Assembly (NCBI RefSeq): GCF_023055435.1
Contig: NW_025964334.1
Span: 46,190,001-46,254,000, forward strand
Reading direction: 5' to 3'
DNA from: Haliotis rufescens
Lineage: Eukaryota
Length of the DNA: 64,000 bases
Part shown: positions 11,801-22,900 of the stretch, piece by piece
Layout: every line of letters starts with the position of its first letter
Position numbering within the stretch: position 1 is the stretch's first letter
Notes under the pieces: generated by a model
Told to the model about the DNA's origin: nothing
Databases searched by the model: none
Seen by the model: the letters and a program-made list of their open reading frames with translations, nothing else
Translations under genes and position numbers: made by a program

Positions 11801-14800
11801 AGATTTAAAGAAAACAGCAGTGTTAGAAACTTACATTTTTAGTCCACTAGTCCTTATAATGATAACATATAGCAAAACCCTTTAAAATGGCAAATTTCTA
11901 TTTATCCTTATGATGCCTTAATTATTGGGCAGTATGGGCAGTATGGCAAGGAGTACAGGACTAATAGTACCAATTTCTAATGCTGAAGCGTTGAACGAGA
12001 AAACCACTGACTCACCTGTTGGCAAGAAGATGACCTTGTCGCCTTCCATGGTTTTGCAGAACAGATCCACCTGGTAGCTGCGAGGCATGGTGTTGGTCAC
12101 ATGATAGGCTGCTTCCTCCGCATCATCGATACTGAGCACCCTCTGTATCTGTCCCAGGTTCACCCGGGGAGCCTCCACTTCCGCTGCCCGCTGTCGATGA
12201 GCTCGACTCTCCAGGTGAGCCTGGTAGTCTTTATCTGTGTTCATCGGCCGATTACAGATGTCACAGTAAAATTTGTAATATCCACTAAAAGGGTTCTTTG
12301 GTGGCACCTTTGGTATTGCACCTATACCAACATGGCCACTGAGCAGCTCAAAATTAGAGGATGGACAGATACTTGACTCAGCATCTGTCAGGAGAGACAT
12401 GTTTCTATCTTGTCTTGGAGCTATGGAATGGTTGTGATCAGTGGTACTGGAGCCCATAGAAACATGTGGTCCATCATTGAGAATACTGCTAGCATTTGTG
12501 TTGTAACTGATTAAACTGTCAGCCTCACCACCAGGCAGGTCATCATCCAATGGCAATGTCTTACTTCGAGTAGATTCTTCTTCATCTGAATCCAGGTTTT
12601 CAAACACATCAAGAGGAACTTTATTTCCTCTGTTTCGGACAGTGGTCTGGTTTTTTAGCGGGTTGTGAGTGTTGGGTCGCCTACTTCCACCTGATCCCTT
12701 GACATTATCTTGGAAGTCATCAGTGTCTCCAACGTCGGTACATGTCGGTTGAGTGATCGCTGCTGTTCTCATCCTCAGAGGCATCGCATCTGTTGTGGTA
12801 ATGGTTGGGTTGACAATGGTGGATCCCCTGCCCATGCCTAGTTTAGCTAATGTAGTGCTTTTGGGGATAACATTTCTTAAAGGAGTTATTTCTGTGTTAA
12901 TTCTGTTGTCCTTGGAATACGTTTCCTCGGCTGCAGCCGACATTCCTGGGCTTCGTTCTCGCTCCGTGCTAAGTGTTTTGCTGGCACTATTTGTACTTGA
13001 TAACTTTCTCACACCCAAACCAGCTTCACTCACTCTTGTAGACTGTCTCCCATCAGTATTAAGATGTTCCCAGGGTCCGACTAGATCGGAACTGACATTT
13101 GATGCTGTAGTGATAGGAACTCTCCTGGAAACTGAAGAGATTATTTCCTTCACTTCAGTATTTGGAGTTACGCCTTGGACTGCAGTGACTTCTCCTGTAC
13201 GAAGAGCTTCCCAGACATCCTTGTAGCTCCCCTGCTTGGATTCTGTCTTTTCCTGACTATCTTCAACACTAGACTCTCTGCTATTTTCATCACCATAAGC
13301 CGATAGAGCCACAGCGACATATCGCTGCTTCTTTTCCACAGTCTGTAGATGCTTGGGACTTTTCTTATGGATTGACAACTGTTCAAATGAGTTCACTTGG
13401 CACTGGCATACCTCACACACATAGATGTTTTGTGGGGAATGGCCTACCGAGTTCTGTCTGCCTGGTGAGTACAGGCCCCCAGCTTCTATCCCGACCTGAT
13501 CCAAGGAACCCTTGGTCAGCCCTGCCTTGCTTATATGTTTGGCAGAGGCATAATGCTGCGCAGCACTTTCTTGTCCACTGAATGACTTGAGACACACCTT
13601 ACACTGGAGTGACAGTATTCCATTCTGGTTGATCATCTTCCTCTTTTCCTCAGCCCTGGCGTGACTCCGACCCTGAAGGTGCTGGGTGGCGTGCTGTGGA
13701 GATGTGAGCTCTATGTTACAAACAAAGCATCGCCCTCTTCCACCAGTAAACACATACGCTGGCTCCTCCATCGCATCACCAGGCTGGGACACTCCAGAAG
13801 AAGGGTCTCTATGTGCATCAACTGCATCAACCAAATTCAATCTCTGTACAGCCTTTTCATGTGGTTTCCCGGCTAAGTGTTGACTAGCATGTGCCTTAGA
13901 GGTAAGTTCAATGTTACACACATTGCAGAAGCCTCTCATTCCATTGAACTCGTAAAGCCTTCGTTCTGCAGACTCCTTTGATTCCTCATGTCTGTTTGTT
14001 GCTTGCCATCGTGCTAAAGCATTTGTGTGATTCTTACCGTTGAGATGCTGTTGTGCATGTTGAGAAGACGTTAGTTCGATGCTGCAGACGTTACACCATC
14101 CTCTGTTGCCATCAAACCGATATGGTGGATGAGGACTGGTAGATGGTTTGACACCAGCTGTTCTCTCACTGACATCAGGACCATTGTTGACCAAAACATC
14201 ACCAGTACCTGCTGAATGCAAGCCTTTAGCTTTTGCATGCTTCTTACCACTGAGGTGTTGGTTCGCATGTTCACGAGACGTCAGTTCAATTTTGCAGATG
14301 TTACATCGTCCAGTGCTCTCATAAAAAATATATTCCTGTTCTTCTGTTACGTTTTCTTGAGACAAAGGAGTTCTTTGCATTTGTGTATTCTCTGATGAAT
14401 TGTTAGAATTATTACGATCAGTAATGTCGGGGACATGTTGATTGACCATGTTTAGATTTTGTAGACATGAATAGCTACCCAGAATTGGAACATCTGTCAA
14501 AGTTCCTCCATGAACAGATAAACACAGACTACCTTCATTCTGATTACTTACAGTCTGTGGCAAATAGCCTGTTGGCCCAGCTGAATATGTCAGTTTGTTT
14601 TCGGTGGGAAGCATAATTTGAGCTAAACTTGGAGCTTTTGGAAACTGACTCACTTTGGGTTCTGTCAAAGAATTAGACTCCAGCTGGATGTTCATTGGCA
14701 GGCAGGTCTGAACGGTAGCACCTGGAGCTGCAAGTGGGTTATTTACCAAGGTCATTTTCTGGGAAAGCTGCGGTTTCTCCTGCTCCTGAAGTGTGAAATT

Positions 14801-15961
14801 TGTTGTGGGCAGCTGTGACCTCTTCTTGTGTCTATCACTGTCAAAGTGTTGTTGGGCACTCTCAGGGCCGGAGAATACAACATTACACAAGTCACATTTG
14901 AGCACCTCACTGGCAGATTGTCCAAATTTCCATTGCTTCTCTGCTTTCTTATGTCGGGATCCATCAAGATGTTGCTGGGCATTTTGAGGAGATGTAAAAT
15001 CCACATGACAGACATTGCAGTAACCCTCCTTTCCACTGAAAGTATAAGGAACATTGTATTCATTACCATCACCAGAACTAGTTTTCACAGTATCAGATAC
15101 TAACATGTTTCCAACTAGAGTAGAACTAGTTGTCAGTAATGGTGCCATTGTTTGACTTGGTCTAGTTTCAGGCATAGAACTACTGTTGCTGTAAACTGGG
15201 ACATCAGCAAACAGTCCAGTACCTGTCTCTGAGGGGGGTATTCCCAACCTTGTAGGGGCGTTACTTGGCTGTGAGATGTTTGAAACACCATACAGGGGAG
15301 AGCTACTGTTGAAAACATTGTCCTGTCCCTCCATCTCTCTCTTCTTCTTCAAGTGCTTTGCACTTGCAAGATGTTCCTGAGCATTGCCAAGACTGGTAAA
15401 TGGTACATTGCAAATCTGACACTTCAACACATTGGTGTTGTCCTCTCCAGCCTCCATCTGTTTTTGTTTCTTCTGATGTTTGGATCCACTGAGATGTTGC
15501 CGGGCATGTTGTGGAGAGGTCAAGTCAATGTCACAGAGATGGCAATAACCTCTAGAACCATTAAAGTCATATTCCTTTCTCGCGGTTTCACTGGACATCT
15601 TGAAAGGTACTGTCTGGTTAAGCCCCTGTGTGGGACTGCTACCAACATGCTGTACCCTCCCAGAAAGGAGAAGGTTTTGAACTGGTGTTGCAGCTTGGTA
15701 TGCGAAACCTAAACTTCTTCTTACAGTCTCTGTGTGTCTAGGGCTGACAATGTGTTGTTGAAACTGTTCAGCTGTGTTACATTGGACATTGCATGGCTCA
15801 CACCAGTATGGTCTTGTGTTTCCCTGAAACACGGAATTTTTAATCTGGTCTTCTTTTTTCCTGTGCGCTTCACTGATGAAATGCTGCTGAGCTGGTAAAG
15901 CACCACTAAATTGCTTTGAACAAATAACACAGTAAAGTGGAACAACTTGTTGGCTGCTCAT
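4550..15961 (-). CDS. Multi-zinc-finger RIG-I/Dicer-family (RLR-like) DExH-box helicase, ~1843 aa, 4 coding exons
   Basis: Exons 15961-12016, 11452-11299, 9292-9174 and 5862-4550 join in frame through GT-AG introns (phases 1,2,1; 5532 nt). Exon 1 encodes 13 C-x2-C-x12-H-x5-H fingers, then a Q motif (PRSYQ). Walker A LPTG|TGKT is split by intron 1. Further motifs: Ia LFLVDK, DVIVST, motif II VVFDEAHH followed by NHPFN, III LGLTASP, V IIVATSVAEEGVDIPEC, VI QMRGRAR. TGA stop at 4552-4550. Confidence 0.9.
5861..9007. repeat. 27-bp minisatellite, roughly 115 units, filling most of helicase intron 3
   Basis: Unit ggctacaacacagatatatcacagtta, with variants ccctac, gcccac and gcctac and a 33-bp acatgt-insertion variant. 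Confidence 0.97.
9493..9658 (+). mobile_element. tRNA-derived SINE with (TCAC)n tail and 14-bp TSD
   Basis: A-box-like gtagccttgtggttaaagc, B-box ggttcgata, tail actcactcactcac; cttataaaatgcag at both 9480-9493 and 9658-9671. Confidence 0.8.
10009..10163. mobile_element. Short hAT-like MITE
   Basis: 12-bp perfect TIR cagggttagaac / gttctaaccctg; taaag on both flanks. Confidence 0.5.
11818..11985. mobile_element. hAT-like MITE; second copy at ~42079-42237 in inverted orientation
   Basis: cagtgttagaaa ... tttctaatgctg ends; shared core ttttagtccactagtccttataatgataacatatag. Confidence 0.55.
12016..15961 (-). CDS. Exon 1 of the ZF-helicase: 13 matrin/U1-type C2H2 zinc fingers plus start of the helicase
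   Basis: Uninterrupted ORF with repeated CxxC...QH(L/F)xxxxHxK fingers; GTGAG donor at 12015-12011. Confidence 0.92.
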
Positions 15962-16099
15962 CTCTGCTCAACAGATAGCTAAATCATCTAGAAAAGATAT
16001 TCAGTTTAGTACAATTCCTGTTGAAAGTGATTATCCTTTGGGTGTATAGTCCAAAAGCAATATGTTGCACACAGTTGTTCGTTGCGTCGTTAATCACGC

Positions 16100-16340
16100 C
16101 ACGATTTCCAGGAAATCACATTTCTAATTTTAGCATCACCGGGAATACCAACTTACTTTCTTTCGACGTTCGTGTGAGACAATATTCAAAGGGGGTATTT
16201 TTGTCAGGTGATGATAGTCAATGCGTGACATGTGTACAAGGCCTATTCCTGGCAACACGGACAAAACGATGTGAAACTTGAATAGGGGATTCCCCTAGCA
16301 TGACGTCATATCGCGGTAAATCACAAACTGATCACGTGGC
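16100..16340. promoter_or_regulatory. Putative immune-inducible promoter and first-intron elements of the ZF-helicase
   Basis: GAS-like TTCCAGGAA at 16106-16114, palindromic kappaB GGGGATTCCCC at 16285-16295, CRE TGACGTCA at 16301-16308, E-box CACGTG at 16333-16338. Probable 5'UTR intron: donor near 16156, acceptor near 15988. Confidence 0.5.
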
Positions 16341-16970
16341 CGCATCAGAAGAGAGGCACAGGCCAAACCTTCCTCGGGTCTTGCCTCGTCAGTTTTTTTA
16401 CGTAACTTCGTCATAAGGATTGAGAAACATGCACGGCATATACAGATAATTCATTGCATAATACCTATCACTATTTTCATTGCTGTCCTCAGTGCAATCA
16501 ACAAAGGTCGAACTGGACCGAAACTCGGCTCTTGAACAATGAAACACTGCTGATGAAAATTTGTGCTATGATATGACTATATCTGCGTAAGGATGATCTG
16601 CGTCAATTTATCACACGATGTTTGTTTCCAAAATAGTTTTAAAATACTTACAGAAATGGTTACCTCCCTTATGAAAAATATTTGGACTGGGTTCCTGTCT
16701 ACGTAAACCAGTATAAATCGCGCTAAACTTGCGTCGCGTACCAACAAGGGAACCAGTTTAGAAAAAATATGTTAACAAGGGCTTTGGTTTCGAATATTCT
16801 GAATGATTCAATCATGATTACAATTTGTGAAGCTATCAATGTATAGATAGGGGTTTTCATAGTATTGATACCAATACCAGCCTGGGTTTTTGTTTCATAA
16901 ACTGGTAAAAATCAGCAGGGTTTGATCATTTTGTATAAATGCGAAAGTTTCGCAAAATCGCTTTACGTCT

Positions 16971-16984
16971 GTTATTTTAGCAAC
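16971..16984 (+). promoter_or_regulatory. RFX X-box-like site immediately upstream of the LRRC72 ATG
   Basis: GTTATTTTAGCAAC with a strong TAGCAAC half-site; imperfect match. Confidence 0.35.
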
Positions 16985-16991
16985 CAAAAAC

Positions 16992-19900
16992 ATGGCCGCC
17001 AGTGAAAAGGTAAGAGCGGAGCATATGTGTGAAATGCAGATATTTTGCTGGAGACACACGATATTTTGACATTTTCATTTATGTCAGCAACTTTTGGACC
17101 CAACATTTTATAAGAAATTCCTCTTTATCATAGTAATATCATTGGGACAGTTTAGATGGCAGTACATCATTAGGCCTAATATCCATAAACAAAATATTGA
17201 AATGAATGAAAAGGTAAGCTTGGTGATAGCATAGTTTATCAAACAAATGTGTATTTACCGTTCTGTCATTCTGTAGACCTGTTGGCTATTAGTCTTGATC
17301 ATCCGAACCTAATGGCTCTAGCATTCATTACATCTTGTTTATTGATTGTTGATTGTGCATGTAGAATATATGTTGCTGACTAGATGATCCACTTTTTTCA
17401 ACAGGTTTTGAAACAGCTCTTAAGCAATAGAAGGATCAGAAAAGATAAAGATGTAGAAGAGCTCTACCTTTCTGACAAGTGAGATTAATTATTTTCAAAG
17501 ATGCAGAATGGGATTTGCACTGAGAATGTATTTTGTATATGACCCTGTTTTTTTCTTTACTTTGTCTGCCCCTGCCCTTTATAATTACCCTTAGTATCTA
17601 TTATCCAACATAAGAATTAAAAGAGTCTTAAATACCCTTATGCCTCCATTTCACTTCGACCACGAATATCCCAAAACAACCTGAACAGGAAAAGTTTTAT
17701 GTTCGTAGATAAACCTCAATCATTTCTTGAAGTTCTTAAATGAATCTTATTTTTTTCCCAAACATTTGTACAGTTTGCGGGAGTTTGTCGAATCGGGTCC
17801 CCAAATTGCAATTTCGTGGCTGTATCGTAATCCATTCGTAATTAATTCTTATGTTCCGTAACAGCTTTGTAATTGATTCTTTTGCATTCTTGGCTATTCT
17901 TAGCTATTCATGGCTCCCAAAATGTCTTGTCCTCAAACCGAAAACATCCCGAAACAGCCATGAATGTCCCGAGTCAACTACAAATCATGCAAGAATTAAG
18001 TAAGAACAACATTCGGCATATTTGTAACTTAGTCGTAGGTGATTCTTACAATTCGTGCATGATCCGTACATGAATCTTGTAATTCATACATGTTTCTTAA
18101 CCCATTCCTGGCATTCTTCATATTTTTCAACCCGATTAGCCAGAAAGTTTGCATTATTAGCCAATTCATCACGAATTTCAAAAGTTTCCGATTCAGGGTT
18201 ATTCGGGATATTCGTGGTCATAGTGAAAGGGGGGAATGACCCAATATACAACTCGGCTTATGCATCACTGTATTATACTGTCTGCAACCTAGCATGTTTG
18301 TGCATGGCTGATAAATAACAGTGTCAAAATATGAATAATAATGTAATTAAATTAAACAAAGTTACCTGGTAAGACTTCCACGCGTATCCCCCCCCTAAAA
18401 AATATATATGATTAAAAGGAATTAGTGGCAATGCATACATATATTACTTTTGGAGGGGGATACAGGCTTAAGTCTTTACAAAACTATATCTTTATTTATG
18501 AATATGAAAGTAATTTCAATCTGAAATATTTATATATTGTGTTGCAAATCTCTGCCTCTCTGGCCTGATGGACCTGCATAGTGGCAACTTAATCTGTGAG
18601 GACATCCTTAAACATGATTAAACTGATCTTCCATTTGTGCAATTGGCAAAACAAACTTGTAAGAAGGGACTCAGATGACATTGGACTGTCTCTGTGGTCT
18701 AGTGTAGAGCGTCCTTTAGTCCATACATGATATTGTTTTATGGTGTAAGATACCAAGTGATTTCCTGCATGTTAACGATGATCTTATCCAAGGAACTGTG
18801 TATATACCACCAGAGCAAAGTAGATTTCATTCACCGGAAATTTTTACAACACTAGAAAATTATATCATTCGTATGTCAAACTGCTAACAGTACATGTGTA
18901 TTGTTGGTGATATGAATTGTCATACTAAAAATCTACCGGATTTTATCATTTTGGACGAATATTTATGTGACAATGATATTATTGACGAGGAATTATTGTT
19001 TTCAAATGTACAACTTCTAGTGTAAAGTTATATAGAATATCAATGTATACTGAAACAAACTGTAACGGGTATAAACTCCTGGATTTATGTAAAAATAACG
19101 GATTGTATATTGTAAATGGGAAATTAGGCAAAGACAAGGGTATTGGTAAACTGACATGCAGAAATGCCAGTGTTGTCGATTATTGTATTGTATCAGCAGA
19201 AACATTCCCATTATTAATAGATTTTGAGGTGCAGGAGTTTGACCCGATCTCGTCCGATGTACACTGTGGCTTATCGTTAACGTTAGATTGTACAGCATAA
19301 CAACTGTCTCCAGTTGTAGATGATGACAAAGATGTACTTGTACATAAAGTTGTAAAAAGATGGGTTCCTGATAAAAGTGAAACATTTTTATGTAATATCG
19401 ATAAGGTTGCCATTACCCATCAGTTTACAGAATTAGATGCATGTAAAGACCAAATAGAGCCAGATGACATTAACCAAATTGTAAATAAACTCTCTCAGAC
19501 GCTGGTTACTGCGGCTGAAAAAACTCTAGGTACTGTAAAAAATTCTAGACACTCTGTACATAAGCACAAGCATAAACCCTGGTTTGATGAAAAATGTAAA
19601 TCATCACGTAGATTTTACCACAAGCGTAAACGTATATAAGGAAGGACTAAAGACAGTAATATCAAAGCTATGTACATTTCAGCAAGTAAGAATATTTGGG
19701 AAATTTTAAAATCATTTGAACCAAAGAAAACAGCAGAAAAAATCAGTATGGACAAATTTTTAGAATTTTTTAAAGATCTTAATCAAAGTTCTGATGATAA
19801 TGACAATGTTTTTGCCAATAACATAAACAAGTATTTGTCACAAAGTGACGAAATGTCCCCCGCCTGTATATACACCATAGTACCAAATATGAAGACAATC

Positions 19901-22900
19901 CAGCGATTAGTTCTTGAGATATTGCGGCAACACCGTTTTCCAACTCCAAAAACAGATTTGCCTGCTGTGACCTTGAAAATGGGGTCAAGGTCACCAAAAC
20001 CGACTGGTGTATGCGATGTCTGTATATACACCATAGTTCCAAATATGAAGACAATCCAGTGTTTAGTTCTTGAGATATCGCGGCAACAACGTTTTCCAAC
20101 TCCAAAAGCAGATTTGCCTGCTGTGACCTTGAAAATGGGGTCAAGGTCACCAAAACCGACTGGTGTCTGCGGAGTCTGTATATACACCATAGTTCCAAAT
20201 ATGAAGACAATCCAGTGTTTAGTTCTTGAGATATCGCGGCAACATCGTTTTACAACTCCAAAAGCAGATTTGCCTGCTGTGACCTTGAAAATGGGGTCAA
20301 GGTCACCAAAACCGACTGGTGTCTGCGGAATTTGTATATACACCATAGTTCCAAATATGAAGACAATCCAGTGTTTAGTTCTTGAGATATCGCGGCAACA
20401 AACAGGTGGGACGTACGGACGTATGGACGTACGTACGGATGGTCGTGAATACTATATCCCCGCTTCGCGCTTTCGCGCGGCGGGGGACAATTATGATAAT
20501 CATGATGATATTTTAGATTGTAGGATTACAGAAGAAGAAATTATGTCAGCGGTCCGTGCATTGAAGAACAATAAGGCTTGTGGGTTGGATGGTATTTACG
20601 ATGAGCATTAAAAGCTCAATTCATGTCATGCCGGTTTACGTAAGGCTTTTTAACCTCGTTTTGACAAAGGAGTTTAACCTGAAGCTTGGCTTGTTGGCAA
20701 AATAAAACCAATCTACAAAAACAAAGGAAACCAAGCTGACCCAGACAATTACAGAGGCATTCTATCCTAAGCTGTTTAGGTAAATTGTTCACTACACTAT
20801 TGAATAATCGTTTACAAGCTTACTCAGTTCAGACTAATCTAATAAGCGAAGCGCAAGCAGGAGTAAGCTTTCGATACAGTATGGAGGTGTGGTCTGTGGA
20901 CAAAAATGATAAAGTCTAATATCAAAGCAAAATGTTTTAATGTCATATATAATATGTATCAAAATATCAAATCTTGTGTTTCACATAATAACAAGGTGTC
21001 AGGTTTCTTCCCATGTCAAATTGGTGTAAGACAAGGTGAAAATTTGTCACCTTTCCTGTTTGCTTTGTACCTTAATGACCTTGAACAATGATTTTGAAGG
21101 ACTGCATAATGTAATAACCTTTTAATAGATTCACTTGAACTGTACATAAAACTTTTTCTCCTTTTGTATGCCGATGATACTGTTTTAATGGCCGAAAGCC
21201 CAGAAGATTTAAGAAAGTGTCTCACTATATTTGAAGAATATTGCACTATCTGGAAACTTAAAGTCAATCTTGACAAAACGAAAGTTGTTATTTTTGCCAA
21301 GCGCTCCACAAATAGAGTCTTCAATTTTATGTTAAATGCCTCGATTCTTCATGTTGTTAAAGAATATGTTTACCTTGGTATTTTATTTACAAACACTGGT
21401 AGATTTTGTAAGGCCCTAAAAAGACTGACAGATCAAGCATCTAGAGCAATGTACGCTGTATTTCATAAAATTAGAATATTAGAAATTCCTATTGACTCTC
21501 AATTGAAATTATTTGATCAACTTGTTCAGCCAGTATTGTTATATGGATCCGAGGTGTGGGGTTTTGAAAATGCTGTTGTCATTGAACGTGTACATCTTAA
21601 ATTTTGTAAATATATTCTCAAGTTAAAACAGTCAACACCCGATTACATGGTATATGGTGAACTAGGGAGGTATCCTCTCAGCATTTTCATCAAGATAAGA
21701 ATGATTTAATATTGGTGCAAGCTAACATCATCACAAACTAGCCTTTCTAGTATAGTATATAAACTTATGTTTCAAATGTCCATTGCAAATCCAGATTACC
21801 ATTTCCCACTATTAAAAGAAGTAAAATGCATTCTTCAAAATATAGGCTTTAATTACATTTGGTTGTCTCAAACCTTTATTAGTGCCGCATGGTTGAAACA
21901 AAATGTGAAATGTGATAATTTTCTGCAAAGATGGCGAGAATCAAAGGAAAATTAATCTAAAGGTTACTATTAAAACATGTTTAAGGAGTTACCATCCCTA
22001 GAACCTTATTTACTAGAACTACCAATCACCTTACGCATCTCTTGCTCGTTTTAGAACAGCAAATCATAGATTACCCATTGAAACAGGAAGATGGTATAAT
22101 ATTGTAAGAGAGGAAAGAAAATGTACATTGTGTAAAAATTTGATATGTGATGAAATGCACTTTTTATTAGAATGTCCAAAACTCTCAGAAATTAGAAACA
22201 AGTTTTTGCTTCAATACTACTGTATGTATCCTTCTGCCTTCTGCGGATATTGACTTGGTGCTTACTACAAATAACTAAATATTTGAAAGTTTTCTCAAGT
22301 TTTAGTTACATACCTCTATGATAATGAAGGATAAAATTTTGAACTTATTATCAATGACAATGTAGTTGTTTTGTTTTATTTGCAAACATCAGTTAGCGCT
22401 TGTCTGCAGATTTTGTTTGTTTGTTAAACGCCGCACTCAGCAATATTCCAGCAATATGACTGCAGTCTGTAAATAATCAAGCCTGGACCCGACAATCCAG
22501 TGACTGACATGAGCATCGATCCATGCAATTGGGATACAATGATATGCATCAACCAAGTCCGCGAGCCTGACCAACCAATCCCATTAGTCGCCTCTTACGA
22601 CAAGTATAGCCGCCTTTTATGGTAAGCAAGGGTTTCTGAAGACCTATTCTATCCCGGATCTTCACATCTGCAGAAATTATGACATGTAAACATGAGCAGA
22701 TATAGGGTCCTTGCAGACTTTGCTGACGCAGCTGTAACACAAATAATTGATCAGTTGCAAGGTATATATAACTTACTATATAGTACATAAAGATAGGAAC
22801 GTCATTATCTAATAAAAAACATACATTAATGTTTTTGCAAGGAATTTATCTTCCAATACTGAACAAGAAATGAATATACTCAAACCTCAGGTGTTTTCTC

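Noticed and set aside
11918-12015. ORF tail ESVVFS...LPNN* as the true C-terminus of a stand-alone zinc-finger protein
   Set aside because: It is read-through past a strong GTGAG donor into intron and MITE sequence; splicing there completes Walker A (LPTGTGKT).
4550-15961. Naming the helicase DDX58/RIG-I, IFIH1, DHX58 or DICER1
   Set aside because: It lacks CARDs, the RLR CTD, PAZ and RNase III domains, and orthology cannot be assigned without a phylogeny.
19670-20611. 313-aa ORF with 52-aa repeats as a real protein
   Set aside because: A chance in-frame chimera of dead LINE sequence and the 156-bp core repeats of an inserted element.
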